DNA of 64,000 nt, taken from Naegleria gruberi (taxonomy: Eukaryota). Within the stretch, counting starts at the first letter, position 1. Each line of letters starts with the position of its first letter. The stretch lies in the NCBI GenBank assembly GCA_000004985.1, contig GG738916.1. The stretch is one strand, 5' to 3'. The position numbers and the translations under genes are program-made. Shown piece by piece: positions 10,998-21,567 of the stretch. The notes below the pieces were generated by a model. That model ran no database searches. It was not told where the DNA came from and was given only the letters and a program-made list of their open reading frames with translations.

Positions 10998-11796
10998 TTT
11001 TTTGTTGTTGTTTTATGAAGAATTTTGAATCAGCGCACTACAAAAAAATTGCTCTGATAATTTAAATAATATTATTGTTGATGATGATGTGTTCTTGTTG
11101 TCGAGTCTAACAACAATAAATTTATTTCCAATAGTACAAGAGAGAGATGAAGGAGCAAGATACGATTAGCTTGTCAAGTGTTGATACAATGCGACTCGTA
11201 TTTTTTTTGGATACAAAGCGCTGAGCGGCAAAACCTGTCTTCCCTGTGGTTGACTAGCATTTACAATTGCCAAGCGCCAAACAAGAAAATTTCTAACGGC
11301 CACTGAAAGCACTCAGAACGACAAGTTGTCTTCAACATGTTTCTACAGTTTTTGTGCAAACTTCATATGTGTAAATAATGTGTTGATGGATGATTCGACA
11401 ATTCCGTAATTCAATTGTTTCAACTACATACCTGTTATTAATTAACTTGTTTGATGATGAAATATTGCTTGTTGGTATTAAATATATTTGAGAATCTTTT
11501 AATTGGATGATGAACCTATGAATTGTAATATTCAAATAATCTCTAATGTGTTGATCCATAATTCTCGTGATGATGTTTAATTTTGAAAATCCTTAATCGG
11601 ATATCTCTATGACTTTGGAGGAAAATATTTGAACTATTTGGACGTTGTATTGAAGTTTACAAGAAGTCAACGAACGATTATCTCATAATACGATCACCAA
11701 TTAATTATTAATTTTAATTAATTGCAATCATGAAATTCATTGCTTGGTTGTATTGCAATAAGAACAATTTGAAATTTTGATTTTAAAATTAAAAAA

Positions 11797-11955
11797 ATGA
11801 AAGATTTAAAGAAGGGTGTTGGTCTGTGTATTGTATTAGGATTGGCTTGTATTGCATTGTATGCCTTTATTATTATGGCATCAGTAATTGCTCAGAGAAG
11901 TCCTGTTAAGGATGGAAATCTTACTTTTGCCACTTATTCAAAAGCAAATGTTTAA
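11797..11955 (+). CDS. Possible small single-pass membrane protein (52 aa).
   Basis: ATG in an A-rich context (aaaaaaATGaaagat). ORF MKDLKKGVGLCIVLGLACIALYAFIIMASVIAQRSPVKDGNLTFATYSKANV has one clear hydrophobic helix. Below the ORF-track length cut-off; no homology recognised. Confidence 0.2.
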   Translation: MKDLKKGVGLCIVLGLACIALYAFIIMASVIAQRSPVKDGNLTFATYSKANV

Positions 11956-12145
11956 AATTATTTCCGATGATGGAATATTACTTTTAATGATCAATAGATT
12001 TTGGACTTTAAATTTTCGGAAGGGACAAACCCTAAATTATAATTAACTGTTAATTTACAGTAGCAATGAAACAGAATATTGTGCAACAGTTGTTCTGAGC
12101 AGAAAATTATTATAAATTAATTAATTGAAAATGAGTACTATGGAT

Positions 12146-13210
12146 TTATAAAACTGGTGAGCCCTGGATGATATTGTAAATAAAATTAGTGACAGCATTC
12201 ATTCTAGTGAGAGGAAGAAAATGACCAGAGTGTTTCATTACACGCAATCTGTAGTTACCCTTATTTGGTAAAACTTGTTGCTTGACAAAGCTTTCACACA
12301 GGTTGGATCGAAGTAAATAATCGTTATCACCATGTAAATGAGAAATGGGGAGATCATTGTTGAATCTATCCCATTCAACTTGTTCATCCTTTTTCAAAGT
12401 ATTATCCAAATCGTGAGCAGTAAAATTGAATTCTGCAATCAGCATTTGAAAAACAAAATTTGGATCCTTATCCAACATCATGTCATCCAATACTGTCTTG
12501 TATTTTAACATGATATTTCTATCTTCCTTCCAAACAGAAACCATATTTGATTCCATTAGTGAACTAATCTTGTTGAGATATCTGTTGGCCCACAAGTAGA
12601 ATCTAACAATTCCATTCAAGACAAATCTTGGGAAATAATTCATAACAACCTTCTTAATTTTTAGATAACGAGGATCAACGCAGTGAGTAAAAGATGGACA
12701 GCTTCCAACCAACATGACACCTTTCAATTTCTTTGCAATTTCAGGATATCCTTTCATTAATTCTTGTGCAACAAATATTGAAATCATTCCTCCAACACAA
12801 AATCCACCAACAAAGAATTGTTCAAAATCCTTATCCAAAATTTCCTTTTCATAATTCTTGACAATATAAGCTGTCAATTGTTTGGCATATGAATGTAATG
12901 TCAACTCATCAACTTTTCCGTATACTTTTTCATCCAATTCGAATAAATCTATCACTTGCAAAATATCACCGTAAACCTTCTTTTGATTTGAAAATATTCT
13001 GTGATCAGTGAACAGACTCGGAAATAAAAACATTCTAGTATTTGTCTTTTTCTGTTGTATCAAATCATTATTAACAATTATCTCCTCATCCGTTCCTTCG
13101 GTCATGCACTCATCATCATCAAGTTGATTATTTTCCTTCTTGTTGCTGAATAATAAATAATAGCCACCTCCAACCAAGACAGCAATTCCAGCATAGAGGA
13201 GTGTTGTCAT
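12146..13210 (-). CDS. Alpha/beta-hydrolase, thioesterase-like protein with N-terminal transmembrane anchor.
   Basis: 354-aa ORF with an N-terminal TM (LLYAGIAVLVGGGYYLLF). Nucleophile-elbow-like GFCVGG (Cys in the GxSxG position) inside FFVGGFCVGGMISIFVAQEL. C-terminal GHF motif (MKHSGHFLPL) as in type-II thioesterase / alpha/beta hydrolases. Confidence 0.45.
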   Translation of the reverse strand: MTTLLYAGIAVLVGGGYYLLFSNKKENNQLDDDECMTEGTDEEIIVNNDLIQQKKTNTRMFLFPSLFTDHRIFSNQKKVYGDILQVIDLFELDEKVYGKVDELTLHSYAKQLTAYIVKNYEKEILDKDFEQFFVGGFCVGGMISIFVAQELMKGYPEIAKKLKGVMLVGSCPSFTHCVDPRYLKIKKVVMNYFPRFVLNGIVRFYLWANRYLNKISSLMESNMVSVWKEDRNIMLKYKTVLDDMMLDKDPNFVFQMLIAEFNFTAHDLDNTLKKDEQVEWDRFNNDLPISHLHGDNDYLLRSNLCESFVKQQVLPNKGNYRLRVMKHSGHFLPLTRMNAVTNFIYNIIQGSPVL

Positions 13211-14049
13211 TTTTTATTGGTAGAAGAATCTAATAATTTACCACAGCAGTTTATTGAACTTGGTATTGCTCCTGTGTAATCCAATATGCTTCTATCATAC
13301 TCATAAATGCAAAAATTGAGCAATGTTAGTAAATTTATTTACTAACATCCCGAAGAATATTCTATTGTTATTAGAGCGAGGAAACACACTAGGTACTTCC
13401 TCACGTATCAAAAATTTTGAAGGAGGGCAATAGCCAATGGCAATTGACCATATACAGGACAGCTTTTCAGAGTGCAAGGAAAAGCGTCGACTGCATAACT
13501 TTCCAACCTTCTTGATCATTGGAAAGTCCTTCAAGGTAAGTATGAAGATTTAAGAGAGGCAGTAAGACCATCCTTAAATTGTCCCTCAAAACCTCAACTG
13601 TTGGCTATATAAAATTATGGTCCATTATTTTTAAAAATATTTCTTATTACAATTTTGAAGCTATGGATTGGAAAAATAATCGCAGATCTATGTTTGTGTT
13701 AAGCCCGATAAATCAACAATATATTCATGTTGGTATTCTGTATATTCAAAGATTCAAGTAATTCTAACATTCTTTTAAAAAATGTGTTTGTAAACAATTT
13801 CCTATGTCAATATGTGTCGAACGTAATTGAAAAAATTGAAGTTCCAACCTACGGTGCAGTTTTTAGTGTGGGAATTTGCAGATAATGTTGATGTTGCCTC
13901 TTGTGATGACATTTTTTAATTAATGGCAGGAAAGAACTGTAGACTAATCCTCAAATCAATTATTCATTGCTCAGTAGTATAATAGATTGTAACAGTTAAC
14001 CTTAAATTGTCCTTGAAAACCTAAACAAATGCAAATAGACAAACATAAA

Positions 14050-14547
14050 TTAAACTTTATCATCATGAAAATTCCAACGAGTATTCTTTGGAGAATGTGA
14101 ACAACTCATTACATAAGTATCATTATCAATTGGTTTCTTCTTTTGAGTTGCACTACTCAACATGGATTGAATCGACATGCAAACACTCTGAATATTCATC
14201 ACAGGTGTCCATCCATCATATAAAATGTTAAGGCAAATATGTCCATTTGTATAGACATGTTCATGGAGAGGAACGTGAGGAGGTACAAATACTACTTCAG
14301 GTGATTGCAATGGATAATCATTGGAAAATGTAAATTTCAAAAGATATTGTTCTCCCGAGTAGATTGTATTTCTTGCTCCGTGTAATGTACAATAAATTGT
14401 TTCTAAATTATTGATTGGTTGATTTATGAAAATATCAATACCAACTCCACTTCCCTGTATGATTTGTCCACTCTGCATTCTCTTCTGATTATCTTCTTGT
14501 TCCTTTACAAGTTTTTGAATTTCCTTTTGAATTCTTTTGGCATACAT
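14050..14547 (-). CDS. Ubiquitin-conjugating enzyme E2, UBE2W-like.
   Basis: 165 aa. UBC fold with catalytic Cys in HVYTNGHICLNILYDGWTPVMNIQSVCMSIQSMLSS. C-terminal KKKPIDNDTYVMSCSHSPKNTRWNFHDDKV matches the UBE2W-specific tail (…PPDNSFYVRTCNKNPKKTKWWYHDD). HPN/HPH motif reads HEH here. Confidence 0.8.
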   Translation of the reverse strand: MYAKRIQKEIQKLVKEQEDNQKRMQSGQIIQGSGVGIDIFINQPINNLETIYCTLHGARNTIYSGEQYLLKFTFSNDYPLQSPEVVFVPPHVPLHEHVYTNGHICLNILYDGWTPVMNIQSVCMSIQSMLSSATQKKKPIDNDTYVMSCSHSPKNTRWNFHDDKV

Positions 14548-14822
14548 TTTTATTTACAATTAATTCCAATTAGTATGATGATGGTGGTGATGATGATGGA
14601 GAAGTATAATTATTATCGATGATTATTATTGTGATGATGCTATTGATGAATTGTCTACTTGTTCCGATTCTTGTAATAGTGCTTCACAATTATTCTTCTA
14701 TTTTTTTATGGTTGCTTTATTTGCTTTGATTTTCTATCTTTGTTCATCGTATTGTAAGATATGAACATTATCAGATTTTTCTAAAGTTAAATAGTAAATA
14801 TGAATATAGTATTGGAATATAT

Positions 14823-15977
14823 TTACTGTTCGTCATGATCTGCAAATTTCCAAATGTAAATAGTAAGTGTGGCAGCTGCTACTGCTAAAATTACACCCCA
14901 AATAGCCAAAGACTGATTGATGAGAGAATCGTTTGCTGGTGGTTTCCATTCTTCTTGTTTTTTGTTTTTCTTTCGTTTGTTAGAGAGAAGAGGTTGTCCA
15001 ATTGTCATGGCATTGGTCATCTTTGGAGGAATTTGATTCTTCTTTGGAAGTGGTTGACTTGGTTCAATATTAAATCCAAGAGCTTGTAAAATTGGTGAGA
15101 GAGGAGATCTAGGTGAGTGAACTGGAGAGGAGAAGGTAGCTGATTGTGGTGAGAGAGGGCTTGGATAGTTCTTGAGATATTCATCATTGAGAAGTTGTTC
15201 TTTGGTCTTTTCTAGATCGTCTTCTGAGCTTTCTTCATCTGAAATTTCCAAATTGGACAGCAGGGTTGAATCATCATTGGTGAGTTCACTAATTCTATCC
15301 TTTGAAGTGATGTGAACTGTGCACAGTTTATCATAGCAGGAGATTAAATTCATAAAATTAGGTTTTGGCACTTGGAATGGAATATTTCTGATTGGTAGAC
15401 TCTTTAGGTCCATTTCGTTCCACAATAATTGTTCAATCATATCTCTATTAATGTTACCAGGACAATAGACGAATGAGCAGTAAACTTTTTGTTGACCTTC
15501 TCCATCAAAATATTTCTTCCAAGTTTCAGTTAATAATTCGGTCAACTTTTCCTGGAATTTCACCTCTTGATTTCTTCTAATTTCACTACCGGCAGATTTT
15601 GCCTTATGTCCAGTTTGAATGTCGTGTTGTAATTGTCTTCCTCCTTGCTTCTTTCTAGATACATAATTCGAAAAAGTCTTGTGAACTATTGCCTTCCCTA
15701 AGGATGGATCAAAAATTGCTCCAGAAAAGTGTCCACCATGCATAATACACACAAAAATCAAATCACTCTTTGATTGAGGCAGCATGAATTTATATTCCTC
15801 CTGATTAAACCACGCATTCCAAAAAGTTAAATATTTATCATCATCAATTTCCAATCCGAACAATCCAGGAATTTGATTTAAATTCTTTTCAATCTTTTTC
15901 AATGGTTCTTGTTGAAAGAGGGCCACAATTTCCTCCTGATTAATTTTATATTTTCCCACTTTATGTTCCATCATCAT
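14823..15977 (-). CDS. VLRF1-domain protein (Vms1/ANKZF1-type release-factor-like domain) with C-terminal transmembrane tail.
   Basis: True ATG at 15977 (the track start at 15980 is TTG). Segment IFVCIMHGGHFSGAIFDPSLGKAIVHKTFSNYVSRKKQGGRQLQHDIQTGHKAKSAGSEIRRNQ resembles the VLRF1 core (HAGYFAGAI…HKTFHRYTVRAKRG.AQ… in ANKZF1, recalled from memory). C-terminal hydrophobic helix AIWGVILAVAAATLTIYIW. No ankyrin or zinc-finger modules. Confidence 0.45.
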   Translation of the reverse strand: MMMEHKVGKYKINQEEIVALFQQEPLKKIEKNLNQIPGLFGLEIDDDKYLTFWNAWFNQEEYKFMLPQSKSDLIFVCIMHGGHFSGAIFDPSLGKAIVHKTFSNYVSRKKQGGRQLQHDIQTGHKAKSAGSEIRRNQEVKFQEKLTELLTETWKKYFDGEGQQKVYCSFVYCPGNINRDMIEQLLWNEMDLKSLPIRNIPFQVPKPNFMNLISCYDKLCTVHITSKDRISELTNDDSTLLSNLEISDEESSEDDLEKTKEQLLNDEYLKNYPSPLSPQSATFSSPVHSPRSPLSPILQALGFNIEPSQPLPKKNQIPPKMTNAMTIGQPLLSNKRKKNKKQEEWKPPANDSLINQSLAIWGVILAVAAATLTIYIWKFADHDEQ

Positions 15978-16360
15978 CAAAAGCCTAGAATATTAAACTA
16001 TTTAATATTTAAATATATTATTAATAAATAGATGGTTAAATTATTCTACAATCCTATCCGATAAAAAAGTCTGTTGACGATGAAAAGATTACTATTACAA
16101 TAGAGAGAGACACCTAGTTATCTTTTGATATTTTTTTATAATCAAATTTCGAATATTTGTGACTTTTTCCCGCCAATTACAATAATTTCTTTTTTACTTC
16201 ATTAAAGAGAATGCTCTTCATCAGATCTCGCACTTGCCCTTTATTGTTCTGGAAAACTTCAAGGCAATTAGAGCATTCTGGTTGACAAACATCAAATAAA
16301 CTTTATTAAAAAAAAATAGAAGAAACAAATTCCTATTCTTTGAATCATCACTGAATACAT

Positions 16361-18787
16361 ATGCCCAATCATTCTAAATTATTTAGTAGTAAATTACATC
16401 ACAGCGAGGACGATGATGATATCTTCTCATCAGCTTCATCGGGAGGTTCATCAGCTTCCTCCGATCTGATCGATGTTCTGATCAAGAATACAACATCATC
16501 ACTGAAGGGGAAATCATCACTCGATTTTAAATCACTCCCAACAGGGATTATATTGAAAATTATTAGAGAGTATTATATTTTGGATTTGACTCAGTATTTT
16601 ACAATTTTAGTGAGAATGATTTATCACAAGTATAGAAATAACAAGACGAATGGTTTCTTTTTGATGAAATTGTTTTTTGGAAGGGTGAAGAAGGAAAGGT
16701 CTTTGGGATTTATGGATAAATATGACATGTCTTTGAATCCATTGTTTAATTCATTGACAAGTATTTCGAATAGTAGTAGTGTTAATACGGACAGTTGTTC
16801 AACAAGTGTTGGTTCTAACAAGTCGGAGGAAAATGAAAGAGTAGTCGTTTCCCTTTTCAAAAATGTATCATTATCAATAGAGCAAAGTTTTGTCGATCAA
16901 GAACAAGCAAAACACAAACATTACTATCAAATGATTGTTTGGTTGCATCAAATGTCAACATTGGAGTTTTTGTTTGGAGGAATACCACTGAATTATGTGG
17001 AATGGAATGTTCCTTATCCAGCCATTTTGGCCTCAGCTTTAAATAATCATGATTCCAATACACAATTGTTGGAAGAGATGAATTCCTCTCAGGTGGTAGT
17101 TGCTGGAGCTAAAAGTAATAGAAAATTTATTATTCGATCAGATGAACAATTTGAGGATTTGAATAGAAATCGTGTGAATAGCTTAATTCAAAATACACTT
17201 TATACGAGTAAGGAGGAAAAGACAGTGCTCAATTCTGATATATTATTCTACATTTACTTGAATGGAGTAAAGAGTGCCAAGTTGAAACTCTCTAATTTTG
17301 ACCTAGGTTTCGATCACATGACAACAAACAAGAGTAAGACTAATTTATTTTATTTGGAAAATATTGATTACCAAGGAAATAGTGATATGATGATGGAAGC
17401 ACTCAAATATTCAAAGAATATCAAGTTCTTAAACTTTATTGACTTTCCATTATCAGATCTGACCCACCTTTCGAATAACATGTTAAAATTATCACTGGAA
17501 ATTGCCAACATTTTCAATATCAAGGGAATTGAAAATATTGGAAAAATGGAAAAGCTTACCGAGCTGAAAATCATTATTGCAAAAAGTTTGCTGACAACCA
17601 CAATGAATAATTGCGATCCAATCATTGAAAAATTACAATTACAAAATCTTGACAAACTTAGGAAATTCCATCTCGAGAAAGAACCAACTATTAACTGTTC
17701 TGATTATAGAATTTTACTCAAATTGGTCAATTGCTTAACTAGCAAATTGAGAGAATTAACGTTTGCACGATTTCCTTATCCCAATATGGTTCATTCCCTT
17801 GTTAGAGAAAGATTTACAGAATTGAATTCTCTTATAATCAATGAGCCAACCATGTTGGAATTTTATGATGAACCAGTTCAATTTGATGGATTGGAACACT
17901 TTACACTCAAACTTTCCCCACAAATAGTGGCAGAAAACTCGAATTCGACTGTTAATTTACAATGCAAATTGACCAGTACCCAATTCGAGAATTTAAAGTT
18001 TAACTTCACAAATTCAAACTCTCTATGTTTCAATTTGGCTCCAAAGAATGCTTCAAATTACAAGAGTCATATTGTTGATAGTTTGGTCAATCAGGTTTTT
18101 GATAAGAACTCTCACATCTATGTCATCAGTTTTACAAATACTAGAATATCAAAACTCGAATCCATCTCTCACATGTTTCAGAAACCAAATTTTGTTCACG
18201 TACAAGTCCTCAATTTACTGCATTGTCTCAAACCAGAAATGTCAGTCACTCCAGAACTCGTGGATCAATTGGGAAAATCCTGTCCAAACCTAATTACACT
18301 CAAATGGTCTAATTTCAAGGAAAAGAAATGCTTTGAACATTTACAAAAACACTACAGACACCAACTACAGAATCTTTCTCTAAGACATTGTATTATTAGT
18401 AATTCTAAAGCTTTCGGATATCTATTCTCCATGAGTAAGCTCAAAAAGTTCTCACTCCAACTAGATCAAGCATTCCCTGCAAACTTCCATCAAACCATTT
18501 CCACACCACTTTTGACCTCCAAAACTACTTCAAATGGAAACGCTGATGAGCAATCAATTACTCAAGAAAATTCAACCACAATTCTATCTCTCTACAATGG
18601 ATGTTCTAATTTGGAATTATTTTCACTCGAAACTCCTGCATTTACAGATCCACAAGTATTGAGAGAATTATTTTCTAAAAAGAATAGAAATTTAACAAGA
18701 TTAACGATTCAAATCACTTCAAATAAGGATCAATTAGATACTCTACACGAAATTCTCAAAGAAGTTCAAAATGGAAAATTCAAATAA
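16361..18787 (+). CDS. Leucine-rich-repeat protein (probable F-box/LRR-like substrate-adaptor family member).
   Basis: 808-aa single ORF with ATG at 16361. Acidic/Ser-rich N-terminus, then many L-x-x-L-x-L repeat units (LKLSLEIANIF…LTELKIIIAKSL…LQNLSLRHCIISNSKAFGYLFSMSKLKKFSLQ). An F-box is not clearly recognisable. Confidence 0.55.
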   Translation: MPNHSKLFSSKLHHSEDDDDIFSSASSGGSSASSDLIDVLIKNTTSSLKGKSSLDFKSLPTGIILKIIREYYILDLTQYFTILVRMIYHKYRNNKTNGFFLMKLFFGRVKKERSLGFMDKYDMSLNPLFNSLTSISNSSSVNTDSCSTSVGSNKSEENERVVVSLFKNVSLSIEQSFVDQEQAKHKHYYQMIVWLHQMSTLEFLFGGIPLNYVEWNVPYPAILASALNNHDSNTQLLEEMNSSQVVVAGAKSNRKFIIRSDEQFEDLNRNRVNSLIQNTLYTSKEEKTVLNSDILFYIYLNGVKSAKLKLSNFDLGFDHMTTNKSKTNLFYLENIDYQGNSDMMMEALKYSKNIKFLNFIDFPLSDLTHLSNNMLKLSLEIANIFNIKGIENIGKMEKLTELKIIIAKSLLTTTMNNCDPIIEKLQLQNLDKLRKFHLEKEPTINCSDYRILLKLVNCLTSKLRELTFARFPYPNMVHSLVRERFTELNSLIINEPTMLEFYDEPVQFDGLEHFTLKLSPQIVAENSNSTVNLQCKLTSTQFENLKFNFTNSNSLCFNLAPKNASNYKSHIVDSLVNQVFDKNSHIYVISFTNTRISKLESISHMFQKPNFVHVQVLNLLHCLKPEMSVTPELVDQLGKSCPNLITLKWSNFKEKKCFEHLQKHYRHQLQNLSLRHCIISNSKAFGYLFSMSKLKKFSLQLDQAFPANFHQTISTPLLTSKTTSNGNADEQSITQENSTTILSLYNGCSNLELFSLETPAFTDPQVLRELFSKKNRNLTRLTIQITSNKDQLDTLHEILKEVQNGKFK

Positions 18788-18823
18788 AGATTAAAAGGAA
18801 TCTTGCAGTTTCATTTAACTCAA

Positions 18824-19977
18824 TTACTTCTTTACAATATAATCAAAAACAATAGGTTGTTCCACACCATCCGATGAAGCATTAATAAATAGAGTGTTTC
18901 CAACTTTCTGATATCCATAAGCTCCATGTACATGTCCAAAACATGAAACTTTCAAATTGGTCAAATATTGTAATCTCTCTTTCAAAGCATAACTTCCATA
19001 CTTTCCACTTCCATCAAGAATCTTATTTGGTGGTGTATGGGTCATTAATATATCAGTATCTGTATCAATTAAATCATAAACAGATTTCAAATCCTCTTCC
19101 TTTTTGTAAAACCCTGTATTGTCCAATAATTTTGTAAAGTAATTTTCACCTTGAAAGTCACCCATGTTAGGGACGAAAGGTGTTCCAAATATTTTGACTC
19201 CCTCAATGGTAATACTGGAATTCACCAATACAGCAGTGGCATTCGAAAGTAATTCATCATATTTTTCTTTTGTTTTTGGGTATTCCTAAAATACATTCCA
19301 ATAAATTTCCAATAGTGTCAAATATATTCGAAACTTACATGATTTCCACAAATCACAATCTTGTGCTTGTAATTTACAGTTCCAAGCCAATCATTAAACC
19401 TGGAAACTTCTGCATTCGATCCAGCATATGTAAAATCACCACAATGCAATAATACATCTGCCTCCTGTGGTAAATTCAACATTCCATGTTTGTTATGAGT
19501 GTCACTCGTCACTACAAATCTAACCACTCTCAACCCATCCTCTGAAATTGTCTCATTCTCTTCATTTATCTTGAACGGAACTACTTTACATTGTTCCACT
19601 TCCTTCTTAATTTTTAATTTCAATTCCTCGGCCAAACTTTTTGGTCGAGCAGAGGAAGAACAAGCATCTTCCTTTGGAATATATTTCAATGAGGAAGGAG
19701 GTGGAGGAACTCTCATTGTGTTGGCAGATGGAGGAGGAGGTGGAGGAACATTTCTATTTGGAGAAACAGCAATGACATTAAACTTTCTGATTGGATTGAG
19801 CAGAATTTTCTTGTTTTCATTTGATACAATGAGTGGGGGTGGAGGAGGAGGTGTTATTGATGAAATAATATTATTATCGTGAGTAGTAGTAGTAGTATTG
19901 GAATCGGAATGGTGAGGGCTATTAGTAGAGATCATTTTTTTTAATTGTTGTTTTGAGTGAACTTCTCTTTTGTTCAA
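18824..19977 (-). CDS. Metallophosphoesterase (calcineurin-like phosphoesterase domain protein), 2 exons, about 366 aa.
   Basis: Exons (minus) 19977..19339 and 19285..18824, intron 19338..19286 (GTAAGT…TTTTAG). The GNHE metal-ligand motif is re-formed across the splice (ICGNH|EYPK). Other motifs: GDFTYAG (GDxxxxG), GHVHGAYGY (GHxH). Pro-rich low-complexity N-terminal region. Confidence 0.75.
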
Positions 19978-20075
19978 ATGAATACATACAAGTTCAAAGT
20001 TCCTATCAACTCTAATTTATTGACAGCAACGTCGAATCATAAAAGATATAATCAATTAGCTAATTGTGAGAGAGT

Positions 20076-21069
20076 TTAATAATTATCAATGTAGGCAGCT
20101 CTATCATTAGCTCTATTCAACCATCCTTGCAAGAATTTGTTATTGGCAGTTCCTGGTCTTCCCCAATACAAGTAATCTTGTCTGTGTCTTTCGTTTAATT
20201 GTCTGGCGAAAGCTTTTGGATCTTGTCCATTGTAACCACCAAATTCATTAAGGTATTGTCTTGATCTACCAGTACCAGAGTTGACAGCAATATCAGAACA
20301 GACATAGAAAGCAGGTTGTGGTAAGTTAGAACATCCTCCAGGTCCAAAATAATTTTCAGAATATAATTGAGCTGCACTTGATTTGTAAAGTGATGGATTT
20401 TGGTTATAGGCATAATAGCAAAAGTCAGCTGGATGACCAGAGAAACCATTATTAAATGGTGCAAAGAAGCCATTTCTATTATTCCAACATTCTCTGTAAA
20501 ATTTCAAAATTTCAGTTTTTCGAATACAATTGAAAAGAAACTTACGATGGAGTAACACCCATACATGTATAACCAATCTTTCCTTGGAATTCATTACCAG
20601 AATCACTTGCCCAATTTTGACATCTTCCTTCACTCTTGAATATTTCTGCCAATGTTTCAGCTGCCTTATCACCAGTCTTGCTGTCAGGTCCAGAATATGA
20701 TTCTTGACAGGCCATCTTTAAAAATTGAGCAGAAACCCATTGATTATCTCCAATACGAGCCCACTTGACACCATTAACATTACTAGTTTCGTATACAGTT
20801 ACTTGAGTTTCTGGTCCTAAAGTTTTAACAACTTGTCCACCAGGAGAAGTTCTAACATTCAATGCATTATCAACATTGGTACAACGAGTTTCAGGCCAGA
20901 ATGATTCACTATCAGACAATCCAGAAAAAGAGGATTTGGTCAATTGGTGTCTAATTTCTTGAACGATAGCTTTGGCCAATCTTCTTTCCAAGCTCAAGGC
21001 ATTCAAGCTGCTTGCAACCAACAGGACAGAAAACAACACGGTAGCAACAATGAGTGTGCTAGATTTCAT
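20076..21069 (-). CDS. Secreted protein: signal peptide + bacterial-type SH3 (SH3b-like) domain + C-terminal lysozyme/peptidoglycan-hydrolase-like domain. 2 exons, about 313 aa.
   Basis: Exons (minus) 21069..20546 and 20493..20076, intron 20545..20494 (GTAAGT…TTTTACAG). Frames of the two track ORFs (20542..21114 and 20076..20672) join exactly. Signal peptide MKSSTLIVATVLFSVLLVASSLNA. SH3b-like segment NVRTSPGGQVVKTLGPETQVTVYETSNVNGVKWARIGDNQWVSAQFL. C-terminal Cys/Gly/aromatic-rich domain (GYTCMGVTPSECWNNRNGFFAPFNNGFSGHPADFCYYAYNQNP…) of bacterial flavour; exact family not assignable by eye. The upstream M at 21114 is probably 5'-UTR. Confidence 0.6.
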
Positions 21070-21567
21070 TATTGTGTTATTTTTTTTGTGAGATGCTTTT
21101 TCGTTACTAGACAACGCTGCATTCTTGATGATTCACCCACTTTCGTACATGTGATGAATTTAGCCAATTTACCCTTGAGAAATTATAATTATCTCTCTGA
21201 AGTTATTTTGAACCATTTATTTGCTTTCAAATATCACCAAGTTCAAATCAAAATAAATAGAAAAATATTGTAATAATGAAAACCTAAATTATTAAGGTAA
21301 TACACTCAAAAGTTCAGACTTTATCATCCAATACATTCTAAAACAAAGACCTGCAACTCTTTCAATATTTGCAACTGTTGTAATTGATTCAGTATTGCAG
21401 AATTATTATTGGTGGGTTGCAACACACAAATTCAGCACTGCACTGTTACATTCTTAATAAGGTTACGTTCTGAATATAATCTTGAAGCATTAAATTGTCA
21501 AAGATGAAATATTCAGCTAAATGCATCCTAAAAGTCTTTTCGTGCCCTTTTTCAAAAAATTAAAAAA

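Noticed and set aside
11332-11559. Short minus-strand ORFs in intergenic DNA (11332..11559, 23406..23597, 23680..23868, 13579..13761, 19270..19452, 20944..21273)
   Set aside because: They have low-complexity AT-rich composition, no A-rich start context or homology, and lie in promoter or UTR regions.
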